Below are positions 50,206 through 60,137 of a stretch of 64,000 nt of DNA, piece by piece. The notes under the pieces are model-generated. The model saw only the letters and a list, made by a program, of their open reading frames with translations. It was not told the DNA's origin and searched no databases. A program made the translations under genes and the position numbers. The stretch comes from Bacteroidota bacterium (GTDB taxonomy: Bacteria > Bacteroidota > Bacteroidia > Bacteroidales > FEN-979). Location of the stretch: assembly GCA_026391795.1 (NCBI GenBank), contig JAPLDI010000049.1, positions 98,594-162,593 on the forward strand. The letters are read 5' to 3'. Positions within the stretch are counted from its first letter, which is position 1. Every line of letters starts with the position of its first letter.

Positions 50206-51537
50206 TCAACTATTTTTTGTCTTCTCTCTTTTGTCGATGAATTTGAGGGGTTTGCGCGTTCCTTCAGGATATTGCATCCGGTGAATGTTTTCATCAGAAT
50301 CAAACCGGATCAGCGGGGCTACCCGCAACTTTGCCCGGAAATGATCTTTGATGGACGTCTCCCTGTGAGAGATCGGAGATTTACTTCCCACATGGATCAG
50401 TATTTCGTCAGTACCGATATCGTTTGTATAGACTTCAACTGCATAATTTGTGATGTAGTCCATGTCGTTGAGGATATCAAAAAGTGATGAAGGGTAGAGG
50501 CTGGTGCCTTTATACTTGATCATCTGGTTTTTTCTGCCGATCACGGGACCCAGCCGCATGGTTGTCCTTCCACATTTACAGGGGGCGGAATACCCGAAGC
50601 AGATATCCCCGGTTTTAAAGCGCAGCAATGGCATTCCTTCCACACCCAGGGTGGTGACTGTTACTTCTCCGCATTCACCCTCCTTCACGGGCTGATCCTG
50701 GTCGTTCAGCAACTCGGCAATAATCAGTTCAGGGTGATGATGTCCTCCGACGCCTTCTCCGCATTCCGTGAAAGATGTTCCCATCTCGGTGGAAGCATAG
50801 GTGGAATAGAGCCGGATCGGCCATTTTTCGAGGATCTTTCTTCCAAGAGTATTGGGAGTGAAATCGGAGTTCCTTAGCGGTTCCCCGATACAGATGGCTT
50901 TTCGGATGCTGCTCGTACGATAGTCAATCTGATTCGCTTCAGCATATTCGATTATTTTCAGGATGAAGGAAGGTACTGTAATGATGGCCGTTGGCTTGAT
51001 CCTGCGGATTGTATCCCATTGTAATTCTGGGATCCCGTTCCCGACCCTGACCACACCGGCTCCCATTTTCCGGATCCCAAGGAAATACGCGAGACCAGCC
51101 ATAAACCGTTTGTCAATGGTTGTCATAAGCTGGTAAACATCATCTGGTGAGCCGTCTGCACAGGTAAATGATATTGCCTCATTGTAGGCCAGCCGATCAA
51201 GATCTTTGTCGGTCATGGCAAAGGTCACCGGGTCTCCGAGAGTGCCTGAAGTGGTTATGTAATCGATGATGGAGCTTTTCGGAACGCAGATAAATTCATC
51301 GTTTCGTTGCTGAAGATCTTCTTTTGTGGTTGTCGGGATCGTAACCAGATCTGCAATGCTTTTAATCCGGGTGATGTCAATCCTGCTCCTGAGAAAATGC
51401 TCCGAGTAGAATTTTGAATTCTCCTTTAAGTAAATCAGCTGCTGCTGGAGCTTAATTTCCTGAAACTTCCGGATCTCTTCAACTGGTTTTCTTTCAATCT
51501 CAGGAAAAAAGGAAAGATCGTGATGCTGTCCTGTCAC
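50206..51537 (-). CDS. PaaK-like aryl/acyl-CoA (or ACP) ligase
   Basis: TTSGTLG, YASTE, MPLLRFKTGD, CKCGR, GRKNQMIK. Confidence 0.9.
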   Translation of the reverse strand: MTGQHHDLSFFPEIERKPVEEIRKFQEIKLQQQLIYLKENSKFYSEHFLRSRIDITRIKSIADLVTIPTTTKEDLQQRNDEFICVPKSSIIDYITTSGTLGDPVTFAMTDKDLDRLAYNEAISFTCADGSPDDVYQLMTTIDKRFMAGLAYFLGIRKMGAGVVRVGNGIPELQWDTIRRIKPTAIITVPSFILKIIEYAEANQIDYRTSSIRKAICIGEPLRNSDFTPNTLGRKILEKWPIRLYSTYASTEMGTSFTECGEGVGGHHHPELIIAELLNDQDQPVKEGECGEVTVTTLGVEGMPLLRFKTGDICFGYSAPCKCGRTTMRLGPVIGRKNQMIKYKGTSLYPSSLFDILNDMDYITNYAVEVYTNDIGTDEILIHVGSKSPISHRETSIKDHFRAKLRVAPLIRFDSDENIHRMQYPEGTRKPLKFIDKREKTKNS

Positions 51538-51549
51538 AATATAGTCTCT

Positions 51550-52293
51550 CTAAAATTTAACCCCGACCAGAAAACGAAATGTGTCGTTGTCGACATAATG
51601 ATTGGGTTTGAGGCCGTCAAAATCATTGTAAAGGGTCTGTCCATAATTATACTGGAACGAAAATAGCATAATGGAATACCGGATGTTCATGCTGAACTCA
51701 TTCTGGAAAAGATTCATGCCCCATTCATCGTTGTACTTACCCCGGACGATATGATGAAGGTAAGCAACATAGGCATTCAGTTTATAGGAAAGATCGATAA
51801 TCAGCTTATCAACAGGGCAAATGGAGATTACCGGGCCGAATTTCTGACCACCATAATAATACCAGTATTTTGTTTTTGGACCTGCAGTCGTATCGGACTT
51901 AATGGAGTTGAAATTAAAGGAGAAGAAGGTGGCATCAAGTCCGACGCGGAGGTGGTTATTGGCAAATGCCGGTCCGAAATAGATCAGGAACCCCATGTCA
52001 ATTGCAGCACCCATTTTTGCAGGGAAATAGATGGGATCATCTTTCGGATCTGTATCATGCAATATCTGCCCAGAGGCATAGTTTCCCAGAGGGAAGACGG
52101 GGCCGATCTTAAAGTAGAAACCGGAAGTTATGGAACGGGGCATTTGTGACTGGCCGATCACAGGAGAAGCTGGCTGGGTCTGGATCTGCTCCTGTGGCTG
52201 TTGCGTCGGTGATACCGTATCTTTTACCTGTGCAGAGGAAATATATGGAAGAAGGAAAGTTATCAGGAGTATAGTCAATAAATATTTTTTCAT
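51550..52293 (-). CDS. Probable outer-membrane beta-barrel protein
   Basis: Signal peptide, alternating aromatic strands, C-terminal GVKF. Confidence 0.65.
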   Translation of the reverse strand: MKKYLLTILLITFLLPYISSAQVKDTVSPTQQPQEQIQTQPASPVIGQSQMPRSITSGFYFKIGPVFPLGNYASGQILHDTDPKDDPIYFPAKMGAAIDMGFLIYFGPAFANNHLRVGLDATFFSFNFNSIKSDTTAGPKTKYWYYYGGQKFGPVISICPVDKLIIDLSYKLNAYVAYLHHIVRGKYNDEWGMNLFQNEFSMNIRYSIMLFSFQYNYGQTLYNDFDGLKPNHYVDNDTFRFLVGVKF

Positions 52294-52354
52294 ATTGAAA
52301 GGATTTAGATGACGTTCTGAATGAGTTTCAAATATACAGAAAAAAGGATAACTG

Positions 52355-53437
52355 TCAATGATAATTAAAATAAACCATATGTTGGTGAAGTCGATTGTGA
52401 ATCACGGATTTTTCCTCATCGGTGATTTTAAATTCATTTTTTTTGTAATTCCTGAGACTTCCGGCGAAGGAAATTATCTTCCAGCCAAGGTCTTCATTGA
52501 AATGCATGTTGAACTTTGAATATACTTTTTTTATCTCTGTAACCGGATCTGATTCGAGGTCTTCAAATCTCATCTCGAAAAATTGTTCTTCGCGAAGATA
52601 AACCTTGTCTCTTTCAATTGTTTTCAGCACTTTATCCAAACCTTCCGTTACTTCCTCAATTCCGGGGACTGAACCTTTTTTATTCAGGCTGTTCTGTCCC
52701 ATCACAATCTTCCACATATGAATTGCCGAGGGGACTACCTCTTCCGGGTTTCGTACAATATGGATAAACCGTGCCTTCGGAAACAGGGCGGCAAGTTCTT
52801 TTATCCGCATGGAGTTGAAAGGGTTTTTGGATACAATTGTTTTTCCGTGAAAATAAAACAGTTTCTGAAAATATGACTGCAACTGCCTTTCCCATTCCTT
52901 TCGCTCAGTTTCTTCTATGGGTATAAAGGGTTCATTATCCAGCAGGAAGTATGTTGAACTTTTTGGGAATACAAGGTTTTCAATCGGGGAGAACCCGGTA
53001 ATCCGGTAGATGGCATATTCATCTTCCTGCGGTTCGTTCATCCCAATCTTCACGTTATCCATAGGCCTGTTCTCCGGCAAAAGGGCAGAAAATACAGGTA
53101 CATAATAGTTGTAAGAAGAGATAAAGCAACCGGGTTCGGCGACCTGGAAGAGGGTAGGTGCTGCGAGGTCCGGGTCGAGATTCAGAAGCTGATGCAGCAA
53201 TGTTGTACCGGTTCTCCAGTGTCCGATGATGAAGATTGGATCTTCCGGAACGGTTGAGGATGCTATCTTTGTTCCATAACGTTTCCGTTCGATCCATGAA
53301 AAGAGACCTGTCCACAGTGTGGTTTGGAATAGAAAGAGGAGGTTAACAAGATTTCTGGGATGAAAGGATATGGAGTTCTTTCGGACAAGCCGGACCAGTC
53401 TTTTGAACCCAATGCCGGCGGTCAGATAGTTCTTCAA
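52355..53437 (-). CDS. PAPS-dependent sulfotransferase
   Basis: 5'-PSB PIFIIGHWRTGTT, PQEDE, KNP, 3'-PB HIVRNP..VV.S, RFEDL..DP. Confidence 0.9.
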   Translation of the reverse strand: MKNYLTAGIGFKRLVRLVRKNSISFHPRNLVNLLFLFQTTLWTGLFSWIERKRYGTKIASSTVPEDPIFIIGHWRTGTTLLHQLLNLDPDLAAPTLFQVAEPGCFISSYNYYVPVFSALLPENRPMDNVKIGMNEPQEDEYAIYRITGFSPIENLVFPKSSTYFLLDNEPFIPIEETERKEWERQLQSYFQKLFYFHGKTIVSKNPFNSMRIKELAALFPKARFIHIVRNPEEVVPSAIHMWKIVMGQNSLNKKGSVPGIEEVTEGLDKVLKTIERDKVYLREEQFFEMRFEDLESDPVTEIKKVYSKFNMHFNEDLGWKIISFAGSLRNYKKNEFKITDEEKSVIHNRLHQHMVYFNYH

Positions 53438-53448
53438 TTTTACGGGGA

Positions 53449-53736
53449 TTACAGTTTGTTTTTTTCCTTTTCAGCAAGGATAAATTCCGCAATGCTGTTG
53501 ACAGAACGAATCACATACCGGGCAGTTGTCTGATCTGCGATCCGGATTCCGTAGGAACGTTGCAGGGCCATGATGATCTCGATTGCATCCACAGAATCAA
53601 GAGTCAGTGCATTATCGCTTCCAAAAAGAGGTTTTTCATCATCCACATCTTCAGGCCTTACATCCGTAATGTTGAGGGTCTCCATGATCATTTTCTTGAT
53701 CTCGGATTTCAGTTCGGGCGTTGCTTCCTTTGTCAT
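53449..53736 (-). CDS. Acyl carrier protein
   Basis: PLFG...LDSVDAIE phosphopantetheine Ser motif; acidic, 95 aa. Confidence 0.9.
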   Translation of the reverse strand: MTKEATPELKSEIKKMIMETLNITDVRPEDVDDEKPLFGSDNALTLDSVDAIEIIMALQRSYGIRIADQTTARYVIRSVNSIAEFILAEKEKNKL

Positions 53737-53749
53737 AAGAGGTAAAGAG

Positions 53750-54754
53750 TTAAATTGAATTTTTCAGTTGCCTGAAAAAACGCTCTTCCGCATCAGCGCG
53801 GCTGTTAAGCATTGTTCCAAGTTCTTCCAGCCTTTCGGGTCCGAGCTCCCGGTTTTTTCCGATCCGTGATGCAAAGAGGGAGATATTCCTCCACCCATCA
53901 CCTATCTCCATCATTTCTTTCGACTTTTCGCTCCATTCCGGTTTCCCGAGTATCACTGAAGCCTGCTGAAGAAAGCTGGCATACATAAAACGGAAACCTG
54001 CTCCTCCTGTACCCTGATCTTCCAGGAGTATATTGATTTTCATGATCTCGTGTGAAAGATGCTCAATATCCCGTGCAAACGAAGGCCATTCGGTGATCTT
54101 CCTGGCAAACTTACGGATACCTTTGATACCCAAGAATGGAATCGGGATACTGAGCATGTTGAAACAGGCTTTTTTTGTTCCTTTCAGGATCGCTTTTTTG
54201 TAATCGATATCTTTGGGTATGAATTCCGGGTAAAACAGAAATCCTTTCGGCGACATGCTTCCGCCTGCAAAACGTGCTTTACGCAGGGAGGAGGATTCCA
54301 GTTCCACAAGTTTAGGAAAATAGCTGTCGGAAACGATGTACCTGGATCCGGTTTTCCCAACTACTACAATAAAATGGACATTGATATGCACCCTTTCCCA
54401 TTCAGGGAGGTAGTCCATATAAAAGAAATCGACCTGGATAGCAACAGGAATATTCTTCCCAAGAAGTTCGTCGAGCCGATTCATTCCTGTGTCGGCAGAA
54501 CGGAATTTTTCAGTATGAAATTTTATTCCTAGACGTTTAGCGAGGTTGGTTCGAATCGAGCCGGGTTTATTCCTGACAATGAAAGTAGGGAATGCAAAAG
54601 ATTTCATCTTATGGAAGTAGCCGAAGAAAATGCCGCTGGAAATGCCAAAAACGAGGGGTTCGGTAATTTCAAGCCCGGCATTGTTCAGAAGGGAGGTCAC
54701 AGCCCCAGATTCACAATGTGCAGCCATTTTATGCTTATACGTCACAGTGCTCAT
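53750..54754 (-). CDS. BtrH N-terminal domain / DUF4872 protein (papain-like Cys/His)
   Basis: HCESG, EPLVFGISSG, HFIVVVG, VSD, QGTGGAGFRFMYASFL. Confidence 0.88.
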   Translation of the reverse strand: MSTVTYKHKMAAHCESGAVTSLLNNAGLEITEPLVFGISSGIFFGYFHKMKSFAFPTFIVRNKPGSIRTNLAKRLGIKFHTEKFRSADTGMNRLDELLGKNIPVAIQVDFFYMDYLPEWERVHINVHFIVVVGKTGSRYIVSDSYFPKLVELESSSLRKARFAGGSMSPKGFLFYPEFIPKDIDYKKAILKGTKKACFNMLSIPIPFLGIKGIRKFARKITEWPSFARDIEHLSHEIMKINILLEDQGTGGAGFRFMYASFLQQASVILGKPEWSEKSKEMMEIGDGWRNISLFASRIGKNRELGPERLEELGTMLNSRADAEERFFRQLKNSI

Positions 54755-55176
54755 CAGGAACCGGTTTTTGTATTGTCAGATTCATCTGTCGTCTTAACAA
54801 GTAGTTTTAGCAGATCCTTTACAGAAATGTTGAACACATCGGCATAAAGCTGCAGCGTTTCCACAGGTAATGTCTGGAAACAGGCCGCTTCAAGGTGTTT
54901 TTTTACTTTTCTCTTCCTGAACCCTGCCCGTGATGCAAGTTCGCTAAGGGTCAGATCTTCCAGGACCATAAAATAATAGATCGGACTGACTTCGCCCGAA
55001 AGTACCTTCTTTTGTAACGATTCTTCCAGGTGACGGCGTTTCAACTCGTAATCATCCAGGAAATTCTTCGTGATGTAAGAACCGGTCTGCATGGGTTCGT
55101 ATTTCCCGTCTTCCTTCTCTACGTATAGAATCACCTGCTGCTGCGGGCAATCTATGATACCATCTTTTTCTTTCAT
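54754..55176 (-). CDS. Conserved hypothetical protein with C-terminal HTH-like region
   Basis: SPIYYFM...LSELASRAG...VKKHL...LQLYADVFNIS; coupled to btrH. Confidence 0.7.
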   Translation of the reverse strand: MKEKDGIIDCPQQQVILYVEKEDGKYEPMQTGSYITKNFLDDYELKRRHLEESLQKKVLSGEVSPIYYFMVLEDLTLSELASRAGFRKRKVKKHLEAACFQTLPVETLQLYADVFNISVKDLLKLLVKTTDESDNTKTGS

Positions 55177-55204
55177 GGGGTGCTTCCTGATACAGAAACG
55201 GATC

Positions 55205-56395
55205 TTACTTCCGTCTTGCAAAAATAACAATGGAAACGATCATAGCCAAGATAAAAAATGCCAACAGCCGTAAAATATTCGGGAAAATAGTGACCAGCGT
55301 ACCTTCCCGGATAAAAATATCCAGGTAATTATCGATGCCCCACCGGATAGGGGAGATGAGACTGATGTACTGGATCGCTTTTGGCATTAGATAAACGGGA
55401 AGAAAAGTTCCGCTGAGTACCCCCAGGATCACGACCATCACAGAGCCGAAAAGTGCTGCTTGTCCCTGTGAACTGGCAAATGCACCCACAAGGAGTCCGA
55501 AACCGGTGGCTGCAAGGGCGGCACAAAGCGTGGCAATAATAATTACACTGAAATGCGTACTGATTTGCAGGGCAGGCATTCCGAAAAATACCGGCAAGAC
55601 CCAGATGCCCACCATCAGCATCAGGAAGAACTGGAGTGTGCAGACACCCAGGAACAGGATCACTTTTGAGGTCAAAAGAACACCAACCCTGACCGGTAAT
55701 GTCCTTAATCGTCCGAAAGAACCTTCCATCTTTTCGGTTACCATGCTCCCCGACAAGGGGATCACGATAAAGAACATGGCAAAGAGAATAAATCCGGGAA
55801 CATTGTTTTGAATGATGGAAGGCTTGATGGTCGCATTTTCTTTTGTGGCATAGATCTCCTGAACCGGCGGCATATTCCTGATGTTCGTCTCAATCAGGCC
55901 ATCGATCCCGGAGGCCATCGAAGGTGCAAGCGTTTTCAAAAGGTTTTCAATCGCAATACGGCTTTGGGTGCCTTTGATAAAGTATGTCAGTGATCCGGTT
56001 ATTGTATTTTTATAAGATGATTGAAGAGAGGGATCCACGAGAAGCCGGATGGCAGTATCCTTTGCGGCAACCACGATCCCCACAGAAAACTCACCCTCAC
56101 CGATCATTTTGCGGGCCACGGGTTCATTCACCGGTATTCCCTGCCGAAGTGAGATCAGGTGATAAAGTCCGGAACTGTCGAGGTTTTGATGCAGGATCCT
56201 TGAAAATGCCGAATGGGACTGATCGACAAAAAGAACATCTGTCTTTATCTCCTTGGATGATTTAAGGGCATTCTGCTGGGCAAGAGTTACGATCATGATA
56301 AGCAGGACAGGCATAATGAAGAGAATAGCCAGCCCTGGAATATCGCGGATAAGGATAAGGAATTCTTTCCTGAATGCGGATAGAAGTTGATGCAT
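55205..56395 (-). CDS. ABC-2 type exporter permease
   Basis: KEFLILIRD, NVPGFILFAMFF, EKMEGSFGRL, GTFLP..MP..IQ.IS..SP. Confidence 0.9.
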   Translation of the reverse strand: MHQLLSAFRKEFLILIRDIPGLAILFIMPVLLIMIVTLAQQNALKSSKEIKTDVLFVDQSHSAFSRILHQNLDSSGLYHLISLRQGIPVNEPVARKMIGEGEFSVGIVVAAKDTAIRLLVDPSLQSSYKNTITGSLTYFIKGTQSRIAIENLLKTLAPSMASGIDGLIETNIRNMPPVQEIYATKENATIKPSIIQNNVPGFILFAMFFIVIPLSGSMVTEKMEGSFGRLRTLPVRVGVLLTSKVILFLGVCTLQFFLMLMVGIWVLPVFFGMPALQISTHFSVIIIATLCAALAATGFGLLVGAFASSQGQAALFGSVMVVILGVLSGTFLPVYLMPKAIQYISLISPIRWGIDNYLDIFIREGTLVTIFPNILRLLAFFILAMIVSIVIFARRK

Positions 56396-56426
56396 AGTGC
56401 AAAGATAGGAAAAGACGGCTTTGAAA

Positions 56427-56454
56427 AATTACGAATTACAAATTACGAATTATG
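56427..56454. repeat. AATTACG-type 7-mer x4, intergenic
   Basis: aattacg aattaca aattacg aattatg. Confidence 0.75.
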
Positions 56455-56551
56455 GATTTAAAATGAAATAGAGACAGAAAAAGTACGTTTGAGTAAGGTT
56501 GTAAATTCTGAAGAAATCCATGTGGATTTCAAACCTCAAAGAAGAAATAGC

Positions 56552-57811
56552 ATGACGAAATATTCCCTTTTTCTTGTATCTGTTATAGCAGTGATCATGA
56601 CTTCTCTGATTTCGTGCAAAAAAAACAAAACAATACCTGACACTTCACAAACCTTGTTTACGGTAGAGCTTGCAGATAATTTTATAAAGAAAGACCTGTA
56701 TGGATTTATCCTTGTATCTGATCCTCAGGGAAATTACCTGGGGGACACCCTGTGCCAGGCCAATGGAAGATATCCAGTTTTCCTGAAAAGTGCATACCCG
56801 GTCCCGTCACAGGTTGCAATTACGGTCGGGTACGTCGAGATAATTATGCACACGCTGACAGTTCATCTCAATACCTACACGGGGGTTGCGCCTTATGGTG
56901 AGTGGAAGATGAAGGGCAACCGGCCGGATACACTGGGAAATGCAGTAGTATCGCTTACGAACCTGCCTGTTCTTACAGGTCCTGTGATCTATTCAAATTC
57001 AGGATACACGAACATGACATTTAAGACAACGGATAAGGAACAGATGATGTATGTGTCGCCGGATGACCTTTACATAAAGATTATGACACTGACAGGCGAT
57101 AAATTCAAGATTGTTCCGGGGATCACCTTGTCAGGAAACTATTCTGTCGATATGGCCGATGCAGTTGAACCAGCGAATCATACGATTTCATTTCCGATGA
57201 TGGTCCTGGATTATGATATCTCCGTTTCGGGATATAAGGGCGCCAACCTGGAAACGTCAATTCCTTTCCTTACTGACAGGATCATCAGTGACGGGAGTCT
57301 CATCAACAAAGTGGATCTTGACTATCCGCCCTCGGTCTTCACAGGGTTTATTACGGAAATGATGATCCGCGAATCCTATACCTCTGACCTCCAATGGTTC
57401 AACCATGCTGACGGAGATATCCCGGATCAGTTCCTAAAGATTAATGCGGTCATAAATTCTGTCAGCGCCAACTCAGGACAATCCTCAATCAATGCCTCGG
57501 GTACATTTATGATGTTTGTGACCAACTGGCAATATACGGATAAAGACAACACTCTTTTTGACTGGAATATTTTCGGGCCTGAAACTTCCATGGCAATATC
57601 CCTGCCCTCACTTTCGCCAAATCTTCAAAAGTCGCTGCCGACCCTGATGGCGGATTCAATGCAATACACTAGTACTGAACTCCGTTTTTATCCCAATCTT
57701 AAGAATTACCAGGATATCTTGGGGGTGCTCTACGACAAGGATCGTAACCGTCAACCGGGAGATTTTGAGATGCGGTCTGTCAGAAAGAATGCTGTGAGCA
57801 AAAGGTATTAG
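56552..57811 (+). CDS. Hypothetical beta-rich lipoprotein
   Basis: MTKYSLF...LISC lipobox followed by KK; opposite strand to the surrounding cluster. Confidence 0.75.
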   Translation: MTKYSLFLVSVIAVIMTSLISCKKNKTIPDTSQTLFTVELADNFIKKDLYGFILVSDPQGNYLGDTLCQANGRYPVFLKSAYPVPSQVAITVGYVEIIMHTLTVHLNTYTGVAPYGEWKMKGNRPDTLGNAVVSLTNLPVLTGPVIYSNSGYTNMTFKTTDKEQMMYVSPDDLYIKIMTLTGDKFKIVPGITLSGNYSVDMADAVEPANHTISFPMMVLDYDISVSGYKGANLETSIPFLTDRIISDGSLINKVDLDYPPSVFTGFITEMMIRESYTSDLQWFNHADGDIPDQFLKINAVINSVSANSGQSSINASGTFMMFVTNWQYTDKDNTLFDWNIFGPETSMAISLPSLSPNLQKSLPTLMADSMQYTSTELRFYPNLKNYQDILGVLYDKDRNRQPGDFEMRSVRKNAVSKRY

Positions 57812-57896
57812 TTGTATGAGTTGAGATTCGATTGCCTTAAAGTCATCCCGTTGATAATTGAACAATCTTTCGCCAATTTGCTATCCCGCAACTTTT

Positions 57897-58997
57897 CTAT
57901 TTAATTACCGCTTCAATAACACGGATCGGCGCGACCGTCTGGATAATCTTGTTGAGTCTTAGTCCTGCCTGATCGAAAAGAGATTCAAACTCCTTTCGCG
58001 TACGTTCTTTCCCATGTTCCATGAAGAGCATCATCTGGAGATCGATGAGTTTCCCGAATGAGGAATGATTTTTTTCATCGATTACCATCTCGAGGATCAG
58101 GATTTTTCCCCGGGCGGGGAGGACCTCAACAATATTCTTAAGGATTTTCAGGCATTCTTCATCGCTCCAATTGTGCAGGATGTTTTTAAGGATGTATGCA
58201 TCTGCTCCTGCAGGAGCTGTATCAAAAAAAGTACCTTCCATTACCTTGACTCGGTTGGCTACACCGTATTTGTTGAGGATTATTCCGGAACGGGTCAATC
58301 CTTCCGGCAGATCGAAGAGGATACCGCTCGAGCTTTTGTGCTGGTAAAGGATACTTGACAGGAGCAACCCTTCTCCGCCGCCGATATCTGCTATCACAGG
58401 ATAGTTGCTGAAGTCCATAGCACTGAGAACAGGTTCAATGGATATCTCTGACAGATTGGTCATTGACCGGTCGAACAGCTCGGATTCATGGGGATGCCCA
58501 GAAAGATAATCATAGATTTTCTGCCCGTAAACCATAGAGAAAGCAGATTTTCCGGTTTTAATCGTATGGGGGAACTCGCTGAACAGGTTCCAGTTCAGGC
58601 TTCCCAGGTGCTGCATCATTGCGAATCGGAGCGATCCTTTGCCATCGGATAGAACTCTTGAGAGGGATGTGTTTTTGTATTGTCCGGTTTTGTTTTTTTT
58701 GAAGATGCCTTCACTCGATAGGGCGCGCATCATCCGGGACAACGATCCGGGATTTGAATCTGTCCGTACAGCAAGTTGTTCAATCGTCATCGGTTCTTTC
58801 TCCAGGATGCCGGCAATATCCAGCTCTGCCGCTACGCGGATTGCGGGAAGGATCCAGAAAGCCGTGAAACGCTCATACATCACGACATTGGCTGGAAATG
58901 ATCTGCTATAAAGACGGAAAAGCCCGGAACGGAATGCATTGAGGGCTCTGATGAATCTGATGGGAGGAAGTTTCCGGATGACAATTGAATCGGCCAT
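57897..58997 (-). CDS. SAM-dependent O-methyltransferase family 2 (with dimerisation domain)
   Basis: AAELDIA, DIGGGEG, FDLP, G.FF, KNILHNWSDE, GKERT. Confidence 0.9.
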   Translation of the reverse strand: MADSIVIRKLPPIRFIRALNAFRSGLFRLYSRSFPANVVMYERFTAFWILPAIRVAAELDIAGILEKEPMTIEQLAVRTDSNPGSLSRMMRALSSEGIFKKNKTGQYKNTSLSRVLSDGKGSLRFAMMQHLGSLNWNLFSEFPHTIKTGKSAFSMVYGQKIYDYLSGHPHESELFDRSMTNLSEISIEPVLSAMDFSNYPVIADIGGGEGLLLSSILYQHKSSSGILFDLPEGLTRSGIILNKYGVANRVKVMEGTFFDTAPAGADAYILKNILHNWSDEECLKILKNIVEVLPARGKILILEMVIDEKNHSSFGKLIDLQMMLFMEHGKERTRKEFESLFDQAGLRLNKIIQTVAPIRVIEAVIK

Positions 58998-59039
58998 TGT
59001 GCAATATTTGTACTGCGAAAGTACGAATTACACCGGATA

Positions 59040-59714
59040 TTATTTAGTCCCGACGAAGCTGATGGAAGTGATGGGGTGAATCTCCCAGCAGGTATAGGAT
59101 TTCATTTTTTCATTGACAGAATTCTGTTTTCCCCTTGGCGGTGTATTTACATGGAAGGCGTCGAAAAAAAGTTGTCCCGTAATCTTAACATAGGGAGAAG
59201 TATGATTTTTATTGCCAAAACAGACTTTCTTCCTGCCTTTCAAAATGAAGTGATCAAAAAAATCGCGCACCTTCCTGCAGGAATCCTGGAGGGTAACGTT
59301 CCCTTTTATAAAAGGCGGGTAAGCAGCTTCGACGACCAGGCAGGAATCCGCCCATTCGGATGTGGTCCGGATCTGGATATGATAATCGGCATCTGCTCCT
59401 TTCGAATCCTTTTCCAGGGCTGCCAGAAGGATGTATCCTGATGTTATTACAATATCCCCCTCCTTCAGATGATGGGTTCCGATAACCTCGGAAAACCGCT
59501 GATCCTGGTATTCTTCCTGTTCTTCTTTCGTGTACGAAAGAATGGGGGAGCGAAGCCCCATTAATTCCGCAAGACTCACCTCTTTCACAGGAAGGAAATG
59601 GGTAACACTTGTCTTTACCGGCCACCGCTCTTTCCCCGGAGAAAACCCTTGTCCGCAAAGAAAACCGGCAACTGGAAGAAAGAATGTAAGTAACAGAATC
59701 AATTTTGTCTTCAT
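59040..59714 (-). CDS. Exported hypothetical protein (possible OB-fold)
   Basis: Signal peptide; motifs ERWPVKT, DADYHI, VKITGQLFFDAFH, WEIHPI. Confidence 0.7.
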   Translation of the reverse strand: MKTKLILLLTFFLPVAGFLCGQGFSPGKERWPVKTSVTHFLPVKEVSLAELMGLRSPILSYTKEEQEEYQDQRFSEVIGTHHLKEGDIVITSGYILLAALEKDSKGADADYHIQIRTTSEWADSCLVVEAAYPPFIKGNVTLQDSCRKVRDFFDHFILKGRKKVCFGNKNHTSPYVKITGQLFFDAFHVNTPPRGKQNSVNEKMKSYTCWEIHPITSISFVGTK

Positions 59715-59768
59715 CAAATCCTGGTTATCGCGGTTGAAAACAATCTGTTTACAGAGAACAGGAAGGAG

Positions 59769-59857
59769 GTATTGGGTAATGGGTATTAGGTATTATGTAT
59801 TGAATCCTTGATAGAGGTCCTCGCCAGTTCACCAGTTCATCAAATCATCAGCTCATT
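59769..59857. repeat. Composite repeat GTATTGG-type x5 plus TCACCAGT-type x4
   Basis: gtattgg gtaatgg gtattag gtattat gtattga ... tcgccagt tcaccagt tcatcaaa tcatcagc. Confidence 0.8.
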
Positions 59858-60071
59858 AACAATGGCGATACTTTTTCCACATGTCTTTGATCCAGTGAAA
59901 CAGGAGAGGGGGGAAGTAAAGAACAGAAAGAATCAAAGAAAGGAGGGCAAGGATAGCCAGAACCATGATCTGGCCATCACTGGGACCGCCCGTCCCGGCG
60001 AATGCTTGTCCGCATAAAAGAAGAAAGGCTATCAGGATTGATCCGGATAGAAACATCCATTTTGTCCTCAT
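59856..60071 (-). CDS. Small membrane protein (71 aa)
   Basis: Signal-like N-terminus plus a second hydrophobic helix; own TATATTTG -7 box near 60092. Confidence 0.55.
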   Translation of the reverse strand: MRTKWMFLSGSILIAFLLLCGQAFAGTGGPSDGQIMVLAILALLSLILSVLYFPPLLFHWIKDMWKKYRHC

Positions 60072-60137
60072 GGCATCTAAATTTAAAGGATCAAATATAA
60101 TTCATTTTCCTGAATAAGGCAATAGCAGCAAGGAGTT

